A stretch of 64,000 nt of DNA from an uncultured Clostridia bacterium (GCA_948434855.1 CAOJFR010000002.1:21195-85194), one strand, 5' to 3'. Counted from the stretch's first letter, positions 25,836-36,164 are shown. The notes: generated from the sequence alone by a model not told the origin. A program made the numbers and translations.

Positions 25836-27443
25836 ATGTCAAAAAGATTTGCAACAATATTTTTCATAACTGTCGCAACCATAATGATATTAGCAGTGGT
25901 ATTTTTTATGGTGCTATTTTTAGCCCCAGGTGTAACAGTTTTTGGAATAAGATATATAGGTCAAGATCTTCATAAATATGAGTCAGGAAAAATAGAGCTA
26001 AACAAAGAATATGGCGGAGATTTCTCAGCTCTCACCCTAAACACTCATGAAGTTCCTGTCAATGTATATTTCACAGAGAGCATGTCATATTATGTTGAAT
26101 ATTATTGCAACTTCAACGGAATCACAAATTCAAAAATATCTGATCCATCAATGAAGATAGAAAGAAAGGGAACAGAAATAATCATCACCACTTCAGAATA
26201 TCATAAAGTAATATACGAAACATCATCTTCAGAAAGATATATAAATTTATATATACCGCTAGTTTCAGTTTCAGGTGCCGGCGTAGACTATACAACAGCG
26301 CTAGAAATCAATTCAAACAAATCACCAATCACATTCACCAAAGATGACAGAACAGATGAAAGAACACCAACCTTTAACACAATAAGTTTAACAACAAATG
26401 GAAAGGTAAATTATAACACACCAATCATGACCAACAATTTCAGATTAAGCACATCTTCATCAATAAAAGTAAATGAAAATTGGTCAAATTTTATCTATTC
26501 AACCAACTATAGTTTAAAGAGCACAAGCGGAAAAATTGAGCTAAATTGTCCAGTTTCAGGAAATCTAGATTTAGAGACAAAAAATGGTTCAATAAGCTTA
26601 GTTTCATGCAAAAACCTATATGCAAAAAGCTCACACGGAAGCATAAAGTCAGCAGGCGAAAATCCAGTAAAAATTTCAGGTATTGTAGATATAGAAACCA
26701 AGTCAGGCAGTGTCACACTAGGTGATATTAATGGAATTGGCGAAAATAAAATCAAAACCAGTTCAGGCAAGGTTGTGCTTGGAAAGATTAAAGATGGAAC
26801 AATCATAACTCAAAGAGGCAGTGTAACCATTAAGTCAGTTTCAAATGCAACAATAGACACAAATGTAGGAAATGTAATAGTTGAAGAGTCGCTAGGATCT
26901 ATTGTAGCAAAAACCAAAAGAGGAAACATAACTCTTGGCGGTGAAAACTTAACAATGAACAACGCAACAGTGTTTTCAAGGCTAGGCAAAGTAAATTTAA
27001 AATCAGCCGATGGAACAACAAGTGTTGAAACAATTTCGTCTAATGTAAATATAAAAAATAGAACAAGTGAAAATTTCACAATAAAGTGTGGCGGAAAGTT
27101 AAATGCAGAGGGCTTAACAGGAAAGGTAAATATTTTTGCAGAAAAAGATTCCACAGTAAGTTTCAGTAGAATTTCAGATGTTTCGGTTCTAGATTTTGGT
27201 GCAAGTGCCAAAGAGGTCAGTGTATATGCTTTGGGAAACACCAAAGATGACATTGGCTACAGAGTATATGGCTCAAGCGTAATAATAAAAGAGTATAGAA
27301 ATAATGCCTACATAACCTATGACGGCACAAATGGAAGCGGAAGAGATAAATATGAATATAACGTTAACTGGAGCACATATTTAAAACTCACAAGCAAAGA
27401 TAACAAGGCAAAAGTAAATTTATTTTTCAAGGCGCCAAATTAA
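25836..27443 (+). CDS. Membrane-anchored beta-strand-repeat protein (DUF4097-like putative adhesin fold)
   Basis: 535-aa ORF; N-terminal TM helix; repeated G(S/N/K)(I/V)x(L/V/I) units (GSISL, GSVTL, GKVVL, GSVTI, GNVIV, GNITL, GKVNL). Confidence 0.6.
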   Translation: MSKRFATIFFITVATIMILAVVFFMVLFLAPGVTVFGIRYIGQDLHKYESGKIELNKEYGGDFSALTLNTHEVPVNVYFTESMSYYVEYYCNFNGITNSKISDPSMKIERKGTEIIITTSEYHKVIYETSSSERYINLYIPLVSVSGAGVDYTTALEINSNKSPITFTKDDRTDERTPTFNTISLTTNGKVNYNTPIMTNNFRLSTSSSIKVNENWSNFIYSTNYSLKSTSGKIELNCPVSGNLDLETKNGSISLVSCKNLYAKSSHGSIKSAGENPVKISGIVDIETKSGSVTLGDINGIGENKIKTSSGKVVLGKIKDGTIITQRGSVTIKSVSNATIDTNVGNVIVEESLGSIVAKTKRGNITLGGENLTMNNATVFSRLGKVNLKSADGTTSVETISSNVNIKNRTSENFTIKCGGKLNAEGLTGKVNIFAEKDSTVSFSRISDVSVLDFGASAKEVSVYALGNTKDDIGYRVYGSSVIIKEYRNNAYITYDGTNGSGRDKYEYNVNWSTYLKLTSKDNKAKVNLFFKAPN

Positions 27444-27472
27444 TTAAAAAAAATATGAAAAAAATAAAAGAA

Positions 27473-27500
27473 AAACTAGAGAAAAATCTCTAGTTTTTTT
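27473..27500 (+). terminator. Rho-independent terminator
   Basis: CTAGAGA-AAAA-TCTCTAG followed by T7. Confidence 0.85.
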
Positions 27501-27647
27501 CTAGGGGGTATTTACAAACCATCAAAAGTGTGCTAAAATTGAAGCACGATAGTTTAATAGGCAAAAAAAGTATATTAAATTATTGGACATTTATTTTCGT
27601 TGGTGGTAAAATCGCATTAGGATAGTTTAAATTTTTGTGAGGTTACA

Positions 27648-28001
27648 ATGAAAAGATTCGTTTATCCAATGGTTTTATTCACAGATGAAAATGATTTATA
27701 TACTGCTTTGTATCCAGACCTAAACTTGCTTGCGTCTGGCTCTTCAATAGAAGATGTATATGCAAGGGCAAATGACTACTTGGATTTTTATATTGTGTCA
27801 GCAATAAAGTTTGGCAGCAAGCTTGCAGCAATGTCAACCTATGCCGACATTCAGGCACTAAATCCAAAAAAGATTGTTTTGCTCGGCTCAGCACAGGTTG
27901 AAGAAACAGAAATCGTATTAACAGAGCAGGAAGAAACTGAAAAAAACTTCTTAAAAGAGTTTCTATTTACTGATGGAAATGAAGTGGAGGGAAATAGTTA
28001 A
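27648..28001 (+). CDS. HicB-N-terminal-like (UPF0150-type) small protein
   Basis: 117-aa ORF; the pattern YPMVLFTDENDLYTALYPDLNLLASGSSIEDVYARANDYL resembles the HicB antitoxin N-domain; no HicA partner seen. Confidence 0.45.
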   Translation: MKRFVYPMVLFTDENDLYTALYPDLNLLASGSSIEDVYARANDYLDFYIVSAIKFGSKLAAMSTYADIQALNPKKIVLLGSAQVEETEIVLTEQEETEKNFLKEFLFTDGNEVEGNS

Positions 28002-28594
28002 TGGAAAACGAAACAACAACTTCAAAATTGCTTAATGATATTGCGAGAAAAGAACAATTTTATGGAACAGTTCCAAAAGAGCTAGAAGTATCAGTAACAG
28101 CAACCTGTCTTGGTGCGCCAATTCAATATAGAAAAGACCCAATCACGGGCTTAACTTTGGCTTGTATGCTTGTGCCAACAGAAGGTTCAGCAATTCAGCC
28201 AGCACTAGTCACCTATGGAAAAGAAGAGCGCATCGGCAAGGGTGCATATCAAGCGCTATATCATCAGCTTGGATGTGAAGAGCTCATGAATCCAAAGAGC
28301 AATAAAGAGGCGTCAGAATATTTAATAAATAATTTTGATAAAAGATTCAACCTTGGCAGCGGAAACAGTTATGTATCAACAGTGCTTGGGCCAAAGTTTG
28401 ATTTAATTTCAAAATATGCAAAAGAGAGTTATCCAGAATATCACTCTCAATTCAGCGAGTTCAAAACAAGTTACATGGAAATGTTTGGAGCATACTATAC
28501 AAGCGGAAAAAATAAAGAAGAAGCTGAAAAAAAAACGGACAACATAGCATTGTCAGCGATGGAAGCACAGACTCAAACCAGAGTTAATGTATAA
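28001..28594 (+). CDS. Hypothetical protein (197 aa)
   Basis: ATG overlaps the upstream TAA (TAATG), implying translational coupling; no motif recognised. Confidence 0.65.
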   Translation: MENETTTSKLLNDIARKEQFYGTVPKELEVSVTATCLGAPIQYRKDPITGLTLACMLVPTEGSAIQPALVTYGKEERIGKGAYQALYHQLGCEELMNPKSNKEASEYLINNFDKRFNLGSGNSYVSTVLGPKFDLISKYAKESYPEYHSQFSEFKTSYMEMFGAYYTSGKNKEEAEKKTDNIALSAMEAQTQTRVNV

Positions 28595-28607
28595 TTAGGA
28601 GAGGTTC

Positions 28608-29144
28608 GTGGCAAGAATAGACTTACATAAACTGGCTTTAACCGTTGGTTTTGAAGTGGTTTGTGTTGATGAACAGTACACAAACTATGAATATATGGTC
28701 AGAATAAAAGACATAGAGAGTATGTCATATATTTTAAAAATCAAAAATGAGCCAAAGTTTAATGAAGTTGAAGATATCATCGGCTCAACAATTATAATGC
28801 TCCCAAAAAAGCTAAGAAAAAAAATCAAAAAAATGATGCGAAAAATTGATGAAAATAACATAGAAAATGTCATAGACCTTTTGTGTTATACAGTTTCAGA
28901 ATATAACAGCAAAACCAAATATAGCAAGCTCAAAGAATATGGCGAGCTTGTTGGCATAAATATTGAAGATTATGGATATTTCTTCACCTATAAGCTTCCA
29001 AAAAAGAAGTATGCAAAAATATTATCTTTAATTGAAAGCAAACTAACGGTTGAAGAAGCTCCAATAGTCGGAAAAATTCGCAAAATAGAATATAAAATTG
29101 GTTACATAAAACAACATAATGCATTAGAAAGTCAGTCAATTTAG
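28608..29144 (+). CDS. Hypothetical protein (178 aa)
   Basis: GTG start after RBS AGGAGAGG; K-rich central segment; no motif recognised. Confidence 0.6.
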   Translation: MARIDLHKLALTVGFEVVCVDEQYTNYEYMVRIKDIESMSYILKIKNEPKFNEVEDIIGSTIIMLPKKLRKKIKKMMRKIDENNIENVIDLLCYTVSEYNSKTKYSKLKEYGELVGINIEDYGYFFTYKLPKKKYAKILSLIESKLTVEEAPIVGKIRKIEYKIGYIKQHNALESQSI

Positions 29145-29160
29145 ACTGGCTTTTTGTTTT
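29132..29160 (+). terminator. Rho-independent terminator
   Basis: TCAGTC-AATTTA-GACTGG then CTTTTTGTTTT. Confidence 0.65.
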
Positions 29161-29206
29161 GACAACACAAAAATAATAAACTATAATTTTGTTATAGGAG
29201 AAACAA

Positions 29207-29824
29207 ATGAAAGGCGTAAAAGACTACTACAATAAAACCGCTGGCGAGTGGAATAATGAAGAGTTAAAGGAAAAGAAAGAGAGTGAAATCCTAAAAAAGT
29301 TTTATGAATGTTTCAGTTTGGCAGGAACCAAATCCCCAAGAATACTAGACATGGGTTCAGGTGCAGGCTATGATTCTCAAATTTTGTGTTCATATGGTGC
29401 AAGAGTAATGGGCATAGATGTCAGTGAAAAACTTGTTGAAATTGCCAAAAGCCATGTCAAAAACGCAAAGTTTGTTGTGGGAAGCATAACTGAAGAACTA
29501 AAGAGCCTAGGCTCTTTTGATGGAGTCGTGTGCCTTGCAACCATAACCTTTGTAGAGATTCAAAATTTAAGGCAAACTTTCATAAACATTGGTCAGGTTC
29601 TAAAGAAGGGTGGATTGTTGCTAGTCTCTTCGCATGAAGGTGCTGGAAAAGACATAAAGCAAAGCTATGTTCAAATAGATGGCGAAGAATATGACAAAAA
29701 TTTCAACAACTATTCCGCTGAAGAGCTTTGTGGCTGTGCATTTCCAGAGTTTAAGCTCATAGACACGTGGAAATTTGCAGACTTTGAAGAGGGTTGGAGA
29801 TACTATGTGTTCATAAAAAAATAG
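29207..29824 (+). CDS. Class I SAM-dependent methyltransferase
   Basis: 205-aa ORF; motif I ILDMGSGAGYD; RBS AGGAGA. Confidence 0.8.
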   Translation: MKGVKDYYNKTAGEWNNEELKEKKESEILKKFYECFSLAGTKSPRILDMGSGAGYDSQILCSYGARVMGIDVSEKLVEIAKSHVKNAKFVVGSITEELKSLGSFDGVVCLATITFVEIQNLRQTFINIGQVLKKGGLLLVSSHEGAGKDIKQSYVQIDGEEYDKNFNNYSAEELCGCAFPEFKLIDTWKFADFEEGWRYYVFIKK

Positions 29825-29959
29825 GTGAATAAAACCATAAAAATAATTAAAATCATAAATTAAAAGTGCTCAAATCGGGCACTTTTAATTTTGCCTAAAA
29901 CCTTGACAAAACAGAATAAAAGAATATAATAATGTAAGAAAATAATTTTGGAGAAAAAT

Positions 29960-30445
29960 ATGAAAGAATTACTAGAAACAATAGAAATAATTTACAACTC
30001 AATCAATTTAATTGAAGAGGGCAAACTAAAAGAAATGTATGCCTCACAAGAAGCAGATTTTGCAGATGAAATTCAGTTTTTAAAAGATAGCATATCTTTA
30101 GCAGAGGCAATAGAAATTGCAAAACAAACTGGCGAAATTCCTGCAGAATTTTCAGAAAAGGCAGAATATGTTTTTGAAACAATAAAGGAATTAATCGGTG
30201 CAAAGCTTGCAAACACTGTAAGCAAACCATCACATGAAGACTATGTAAAATTGTTGTCTGAAAATAGTGGTTTTCAAACAGAGCCGCAGCAAACAACCGC
30301 TCGCGAAGCAACTGAAATTAAAAAAGAGCCAACCAAAGAATTGCCATCATTTTTAAGAATAAAGAAAAATGAAAGAAACAGGTTTGGCAAAAGCTATAGT
30401 GGCTCCCAAAAAGCCTATATTTCAGCTCCTCAAAAGCAGTGCTAA
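29960..30445 (+). CDS. Hypothetical protein (161 aa)
   Basis: ATG 29960 preceded by TGGAGA; the TTG at 29948 in the ORF track overlaps that RBS. Confidence 0.55.
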   Translation: MKELLETIEIIYNSINLIEEGKLKEMYASQEADFADEIQFLKDSISLAEAIEIAKQTGEIPAEFSEKAEYVFETIKELIGAKLANTVSKPSHEDYVKLLSENSGFQTEPQQTTAREATEIKKEPTKELPSFLRIKKNERNRFGKSYSGSQKAYISAPQKQC

Positions 30446-30485
30446 AAAATAATAAAAAAATATTAAAAAAATATAAGAAAAGTTA

Positions 30486-30514
30486 TTGACTTAAAACAAA
30501 ATATAAGATAGAAT
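30486..30514 (+). promoter_or_regulatory. str-operon (rpsL) promoter
   Basis: TTGACT, 17-nt spacer, TAGAAT; ~135-nt leader before rpsL. Confidence 0.6.
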
Positions 30515-30650
30515 GATAGGGCATAAAATTTATGTTTGACATTCTGTCTTTTTTTATTTTGACGGTGTAAAGTAAGAAAATCACAAATGTTCAAGAATTT
30601 CCTCGTCGGGTTTAGAGAAAATTCACCAAATTTACACAGGAGGTAATACT

Positions 30651-31028
30651 ATGCCAACCATTAACCAACTTATCCGTCATGGTAAAGGTAGAGAACAACA
30701 GTCTAGCAAGGCAAAATGCCCAGCACTTGAAAGCTGTCCACAAAAGCGTGGAGTATGCTTAAACGTAACAACCACATCTCCAAAAAAGCCAAACTCAGCG
30801 CTCAGAAAAATCGCAAGGGTTCGTCTTTCAAACAGAATGGAAGGAACTGTTTATATTCCAGGTGAAGGACATAACCTTCAAGAGCACTCAGTCGTTCTTA
30901 TTCGTGGTGGCCGTGTAAAAGACTTGCCAGGTGTGCGTTATCACATCATTCGTGGAGTCTTAGACACAGCAGGTGTTCAAAATCGTAAACAGGCTAGAAG
31001 TAAATACGGTGCTAAAAAATCTAAATAA
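30651..31028 (+). CDS. rpsL: 30S ribosomal protein S12
   Basis: MPTINQLIR...[10 protein letters not shown] signature. Confidence 0.97.
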   Translation: MPTINQLIRHGKGREQQSSKAKCPALESCPQKRGVCLNVTTTSPKKPNSALRKIARVRLSNRMEGTVYIPGEGHNLQEHSVVLIRGGRVKDLPGVRYHIIRGVLDTAGVQNRKQARSKYGAKKSK

Positions 31029-31066
31029 TTAAAGATTAAATTTAAAAAATAAGATAGGAGGAAATT

Positions 31067-31537
31067 ATGTCAAGAAGAAATAGAGCAATCGTTCGTGAAG
31101 TTGCGCTAGATCCAGTATATGGTTCAAAAGTAGTAACCAAAGTAATCAACCAAGTAATGCTTGATGGAAAAAGGTCAATAGCTCAAAAAGTAGTATACGA
31201 TGCAATGAAAACTGCAGGCGCAAAACTAAATGCAGAGCCAATTGATGTATTCAATAAAGCACTTGAAAACATAAAACCAGTTCTTGAAGTAAAGGCACGC
31301 CGTGTTGGTGGATCAACCTACCAAGTTCCAATGGAAATCAGACCAGAAAGAAGACAAACCTTAGCAATCAGATGGCTTGTTTTATATGCAAGACAAAGAA
31401 GTGAAAGAACAATGGCAAACAAACTTGCAGGCGAACTAGTAGATGCATATAACAATGCAGGAAGTGCATTCAAGAAGAAAGAAGATGTTCACAGAATGGC
31501 AGAAGCCAACAAAGCATTTGCATCATATCGTTGGTAA
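31067..31537 (+). CDS. rpsG: 30S ribosomal protein S7
   Basis: MSRRNRA...; 156 aa; position in str operon. Confidence 0.97.
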   Translation: MSRRNRAIVREVALDPVYGSKVVTKVINQVMLDGKRSIAQKVVYDAMKTAGAKLNAEPIDVFNKALENIKPVLEVKARRVGGSTYQVPMEIRPERRQTLAIRWLVLYARQRSERTMANKLAGELVDAYNNAGSAFKKKEDVHRMAEANKAFASYRW

Positions 31538-31689
31538 AAAGCTGTCAGCAAAAAAAATGCTGAACAAAATCTAAAAATAAACAAAAAATCGCATTAAAAT
31601 GTTTGTTAATTTTAAAAAATAATATTATACTTAAAAATGTAATTGTTAATAATAAAACAATTTGAAACTAAATAGGAGAAACTTAATTT

Positions 31690-33765
31690 ATGCCTAGAGA
31701 ATATGCACTAAACAAAGTTCGTAATATTGGAATCATGGCACACATAGATGCCGGAAAAACCACAACATCAGAGCGAATTTTGTTTTATACGGGAAAGACC
31801 CACAAAATAGGTGAAGTTCATGATGGCGGTGCAACCATGGACTGGATGGTTCAAGAGCAAGAGAGAGGAATCACAATCACTTCTGCTGCAACAACCTGTA
31901 TCTGGAAAGAACATATGATTAACCTCATAGACACCCCAGGACACGTTGACTTTACAATGGAAGTAGAGCGTTCACTCCGTGTATTGGACGGTGCAGTTGA
32001 AGTTTTCACAGCAAAAGAGGGTGTGCAAGCCCAATCAATCAAAGTTTGGAATCAGGCAAACAAATATGGAGTTCCAAGAATCGCTTATGTAAATAAGATG
32101 GATACCTTGGGTGCAGACTTCTTTTATGCCGTAGACCAAATGAAAGAAATGCTTGGTGCAAACGCAGTTCCAGTAGAACTTCCAATCGGCAAGGAAGACA
32201 CATTTGAAGGTGTTATAGACCTTGTAGAAATGAAAGCCATTTACTTCAGAGACGATGAAGGAAAAGTGATGGATGTTATAGAGATTCCAGCAGAGTATAA
32301 AGCTCAAGCTGATGAATACAGAGCAGCCCTCATTGAAGCAGTAGCAGAAACAGATGATAGTTTGCTTGAAAAATTCTTCGGTGGAGAAGAACTCTCAGTT
32401 GAAGAAATCAGAAAAGCAATCAGAAAGTCAACTTGCGAACTCAAGATGCTCCCAGTACTTTGCGGATCATCATACAAAAACAAAGGCATTCAAGAGCTTC
32501 TTGATGCAGTTGTATATTATCTTCCAAGCCCAGTTGATATCCCACCAATGGCAGGAACCGACATGAAGGGCAACCCAATAGAGTGTGTAACAGAAGATAA
32601 GGCTCCACTAGCAGGTCTTGCATTCAAAATTGCAACCGACCAATTTGGAAGACTCACATTCTTCAGAATCTATTCAGGCTGCTTAAAATCTGGTTCATAT
32701 GTGCTAAATACAACCACTGGTGAAAAAGAAAGAATCAGCCGTTTGGTAAGAATGCACTCAAATTCAAGAACAGAAATTGCAGAAGCTTATGCTGGAGACA
32801 TCGTTGCCATCATTGGTTTAAAAGATACATCAACTGGTGACACACTTTGTGATGAGTCAAGACCAGTAAAACTTGAAAATATGGATTATCCAGACCCAGT
32901 TATCAGCATGGCTATAGAGCCAAAAACAAAGGGTGACCAAGAAAAAATGACAAATGCGCTTTTAAAACTTGCTGGCGAAGACCCAAGCTTTAGATTCAGC
33001 ACAAATCGTGAAACAGGTCAAACAATCATTGCTGGTATGGGCGAACTTCACTTAAACATTGAAGTTGACAGATTAAAAAGAGAATATGGCGTTGAATGCA
33101 ACGTTGGTGCTCCACAAGTTGCTTACAAAGAAACAATCAGAGGCTCAATTGAAGCCACTGGAAAATACATCAGACAATCTGGTGGTAAGGGACAATATGG
33201 TCACTGCGTTGTTAAGTTTGAAGGACTTGAGCCAGGTGAAGGCTACAAGTTTGTAGACGCCACAGTTGGTGGATCTATTCCAAAAGAATATATTCCAGCA
33301 GTTGATAAAGGTATTCGTGAAGCTTGTCAAAGCGGTGTGCTTGCAGGCTACCCAACAGTAGACTTTAAGGCAACAGTTCTTGACGGAAGTTATCACGAAG
33401 TAGACTCTTCAGAGTCAGCGTTCATGATTGCCGGATCAATGGCATTCAAAGAAGCGTTCAAAAAAGGTAATTCAGTAATACTTGAGCCTATCATGAAGGT
33501 AGAAATTCAAGTTCCAGATAAATATTTAGGAGACGTTCTTGGTGACCTTTCAAGAAGAAGAGGAAATGTTATCGGAACAACTCTAAAAAATGGCAACCAA
33601 ACCATTGAAGGTGAAGTTCCACTATCAGAAATGTCTGGATATGTTACTGATTTAAGATCACTCACACAAGGTCGTGGTGATTCAAGCATGGAACCATGCA
33701 AATATGCAGAAGTTCCAAGAAACATCGCTGAAAAAATAATCGGCGAACGTTCTAAAAAAGATTAA
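31690..33765 (+). CDS. fusA: Elongation factor G
   Basis: 691 aa; [24 protein letters not shown]-domain motifs. Confidence 0.97.
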   Translation: MPREYALNKVRNIGIMAHIDAGKTTTSERILFYTGKTHKIGEVHDGGATMDWMVQEQERGITITSAATTCIWKEHMINLIDTPGHVDFTMEVERSLRVLDGAVEVFTAKEGVQAQSIKVWNQANKYGVPRIAYVNKMDTLGADFFYAVDQMKEMLGANAVPVELPIGKEDTFEGVIDLVEMKAIYFRDDEGKVMDVIEIPAEYKAQADEYRAALIEAVAETDDSLLEKFFGGEELSVEEIRKAIRKSTCELKMLPVLCGSSYKNKGIQELLDAVVYYLPSPVDIPPMAGTDMKGNPIECVTEDKAPLAGLAFKIATDQFGRLTFFRIYSGCLKSGSYVLNTTTGEKERISRLVRMHSNSRTEIAEAYAGDIVAIIGLKDTSTGDTLCDESRPVKLENMDYPDPVISMAIEPKTKGDQEKMTNALLKLAGEDPSFRFSTNRETGQTIIAGMGELHLNIEVDRLKREYGVECNVGAPQVAYKETIRGSIEATGKYIRQSGGKGQYGHCVVKFEGLEPGEGYKFVDATVGGSIPKEYIPAVDKGIREACQSGVLAGYPTVDFKATVLDGSYHEVDSSESAFMIAGSMAFKEAFKKGNSVILEPIMKVEIQVPDKYLGDVLGDLSRRRGNVIGTTLKNGNQTIEGEVPLSEMSGYVTDLRSLTQGRGDSSMEPCKYAEVPRNIAEKIIGERSKKD

Positions 33766-33798
33766 TAAAAAAATAAAATAAAAAAACGGAGAAATCAA

Positions 33799-35007
33799 AT
33801 GGCAAAAGCTAAATTTGAATCTAAAAAACCACACGTTAACATTGGTACAATCGGCCACGTTGACCACGGTAAAACAACTTTAACAGCTGCAATCACAATG
33901 GTCCAAACACAAAAATTCGGTGGAGAATCAAAAGATTACAGCCAAATTGACTCAGCTCCAGAAGAAAGAGCTAGAGGAATCACAATCAACACTGCACACG
34001 TTGAATATGAAACAGAAAACAGACACTACGCACACGTAGACTGCCCAGGACACGCTGACTATGTTAAAAACATGATCACCGGTGCTGCTCAGATGGACGG
34101 TGCAATCCTTGTTTGTGCTGCAACAGACGGTGTTATGCCTCAAACAAGAGAGCATATCCTTCTTGCACGTCAAGTAGGTGTTCCAAAAATCGTTGTATTC
34201 ATGAATAAACTTGATCAACTTGGTGGCGACACAGAACTTGCTGACCTTGTTGAAATGGAAATCAGAGAACTTCTTTCAAAATACGAATATGATGGAGACA
34301 ACACTCCAATCGTTCGTGGTTCAGCATTCCTTGCACTTGAAGCTGCAAAAGCTGGAAAATATGATTCAGATGATTGCAAATGCATCTCAGAACTTATGGA
34401 TGCAGTTGATGCTTGGATCCCAACTCCAGATAGAGCAACAGACCAACCATTCCTTATGCCAATTGAAGACGTATTCACAATCACTGGTCGTGGAACCGTT
34501 GTTACTGGTAGAGTTGAAAGAGGTGTGTTAAAATCAGGTGAAACTGTTGAAATCGTTGGTCTTGAAGACAAGCCAAAATCATCAGTAGTTACTGGTATTG
34601 AAATGTTCAGAAAAACTCTTGATGAAGCTATCGCTGGTTACAACGTTGGTGTTCTTCTTAGAGGTATTGACAGAACAGACGTTCAAAGAGGACAAATCCT
34701 TTCTAAACCAGGAACAATCCACCCACACACAGAGTTTGAAGCTCAAGTATACGTTTTAACAAAAGAAGAAGGTGGCCGTCATACAGCATTCTTCAACAAC
34801 TATCGTCCACAATTCTATTTCAGAACAACTGACGTTACTGGTTCAATCGCTCTTCCAGAGGGAACAGAAATGGTAATGCCTGGTGACCACACAAAGATGA
34901 CAGTTCAACTTATCTCTCCAGTAGCTATCGAAGAAGGTCTTCGTTTCGCTATCCGTGAAGGTGGCAGAACAGTAGGTTCTGGTGTAGTTTCAAAAATTAT
35001 CAAATAG
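33799..35007 (+). CDS. tuf: Elongation factor Tu
   Basis: 402 aa; [22 protein letters not shown] motifs. Confidence 0.97.
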   Translation: MAKAKFESKKPHVNIGTIGHVDHGKTTLTAAITMVQTQKFGGESKDYSQIDSAPEERARGITINTAHVEYETENRHYAHVDCPGHADYVKNMITGAAQMDGAILVCAATDGVMPQTREHILLARQVGVPKIVVFMNKLDQLGGDTELADLVEMEIRELLSKYEYDGDNTPIVRGSAFLALEAAKAGKYDSDDCKCISELMDAVDAWIPTPDRATDQPFLMPIEDVFTITGRGTVVTGRVERGVLKSGETVEIVGLEDKPKSSVVTGIEMFRKTLDEAIAGYNVGVLLRGIDRTDVQRGQILSKPGTIHPHTEFEAQVYVLTKEEGGRHTAFFNNYRPQFYFRTTDVTGSIALPEGTEMVMPGDHTKMTVQLISPVAIEEGLRFAIREGGRTVGSGVVSKIIK

Positions 35008-35136
35008 TTTTTAGAGCAAAAATTACGCAACCTAATGCGAAATAATAAAAAATTCTAAACAGTCATTATCGCAAGATAACTCCTGCTTAGAATTTTTTTT
35101 ATTTCTTTTATCTTATGCAATTTTTGCTCTAAAAAC
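35007..35136. repeat. 18-bp perfect inverted repeat enclosing the first tuf terminator
   Basis: GTTTTTAGAGCAAAAATT at 35007-35024; exact reverse complement at 35119-35136. Confidence 0.9.
35052..35100 (+). terminator. tuf terminator 1 carrying a 24-nt conserved core hairpin
   Basis: Outer stem ATTCTAA..TTAGAAT, then T8; core ACAGTCATTATCGCAAGATAACTC (35059-35082) with TTATC-GCAA-GATAA hairpin. Confidence 0.8.
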
Positions 35137-35166
35137 ATAATAAGTATTATGCAGAGTTTCAAAAAA

Positions 35167-35212
35167 GCCAAGACAGTCATTATCGCAAGATAACTCGTGT
35201 CTTGGTTTTTTC
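35167..35212 (+). terminator. Second terminator carrying the same 24-nt core
   Basis: Outer stem CCAAGACA/TGTCTTGG, then T6; identical core at 35173-35196. Confidence 0.8.
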
Positions 35213-35337
35213 TTGTGCCTCGTTTCTTGTTCAAATTTAGGCTCAAAAATGATTTAACTTTTTTTCTTAACTCAAATGTTTCTGTCATGTTTTCAATCAC
35301 ATTTTTGCTAAAAATGAAAACGAGTTTTATAGCAACT

Positions 35338-35447
35338 TGTCATAAAAATGTTATAAAGATGTTATAAACTTGTTATAAAAATGTTATAAACTTGTTATAA
35401 AGTTGTTATAAACTTGTTATATTTTTGTTATAAAAGTGTTATATAAA
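35338..35447 (+). repeat. Ten tandem 11-bp repeats, core TGTTATAA
   Basis: Core starts at 35338 (TGTCATAA variant), 35349, 35360, 35371, 35382, 35393, 35404, 35415, 35426 and 35437, an exact 11-bp period. Confidence 0.95.
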
Positions 35448-35561
35448 AGCTCATTTTTGGCGAAGTTAAAAGAATATATTTGATAAAAATTTATTAAAAT
35501 TCATAACACTGAAGTATTTAAAAAATGAATTATGTTATGCTTGTTTTGGAGGAAATATTTT

Positions 35562-35783
35562 ATGACTTTAATTAACATAATTTCATATAACTTATTAATG
35601 TTATTAGCTATTAGAAATATAACAACTTTAGAATTAAGCAAGAAGACTAACATTAAAGAACAAATAATACTAAACTTAATAAACTGCAAGTATAAAAATA
35701 TTAGTTCATCATTAATCATAAAATTTGCCGATGCTTTAAATGTTAGTATAGATGCATTTATTGTTGGATATAAAGATAATTGA
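35562..35783 (+). CDS. XRE-family helix-turn-helix protein (73 aa)
   Basis: ATG 35562 after RBS GGAGG; IRNITTLELSKKTNIKEQIILNL...FADALNVSIDAF fits the Cro/C1-type HTH pattern; very AT-rich. Confidence 0.6.
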   Translation: MTLINIISYNLLMLLAIRNITTLELSKKTNIKEQIILNLINCKYKNISSSLIIKFADALNVSIDAFIVGYKDN

Positions 35784-35833
35784 AACTTATCTTATTTTTG
35801 CTAATAAAAAAATAAAAATAAAGAAAAGATATG

Positions 35834-36058
35834 CTAGTTTGGCGTATCTTTTTTATTTTCAATCTTAATATTAAACTCTTTTAAAAGTTCAAAATATTCA
35901 CCCCAGCGGTGCTGTCTGATTGGCATGGCAATGTTGCAGTCAAAATGCAAAACAAGGGCAGGGCAAATTTTGTTGTGATTTGCCACAATTTCAGCACTTA
36001 TGCAGTGCCCCGTTTTGATTAAGTTTTGTGCTTTTGCATGATAATTAAAATAGCTCAT
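35834..36058 (-). CDS. Hypothetical small protein (74 aa)
   Basis: ORF with ATG but no clear RBS; Cys/His-containing; no motif recognised. Confidence 0.4.
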   Translation of the reverse strand: MSYFNYHAKAQNLIKTGHCISAEIVANHNKICPALVLHFDCNIAMPIRQHRWGEYFELLKEFNIKIENKKDTPN

Positions 36059-36134
36059 GTTAATATTATGGATTGGTCACAAAATATCAATTCAAAAATA
36101 ATAGTTATAAAATAAAAATATTTTTAAAAAACTA

Positions 36135-36164
36135 TTGACTTATGTTTGCCAAAAATGTTATATT
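36135..36164 (+). promoter_or_regulatory. rpoB promoter
   Basis: TTGACT, 18-nt spacer, TGTTATATT (extended -10); ~200-nt leader containing hairpin CTGCAAA...TTTGCAG. Confidence 0.55.

Noticed and set aside
27455-27493. 12-codon ORF (MKKIKEKLEKNL) after the DUF4097-like gene
   Set aside because: It is built from the A-rich flank and stem of the terminator hairpin and has no RBS.
35007-35024. GTTTTTAGAGC… resembles the start of type II CRISPR repeats
   Set aside because: There are only two copies, in inverted rather than direct orientation. There is no spacer periodicity and no cas genes, so it is treated as an inverted repeat.
35055-35300. 81-aa minus-strand ORF (contains SYLAIMTV twice)
   Set aside because: The duplicated peptide is the translation of the duplicated 24-nt terminator core. 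The ORF spans two terminators and has no RBS, so it is an artefact.
35338-35447. The 11-bp repeat array read as a DnaA-box cluster or oriC
   Set aside because: TGTTATAA does not fit TTWTNCACA/TGTGNAWAA, and no dnaA or dnaN is nearby. The dnaB gene 10 kb away is not an origin marker.
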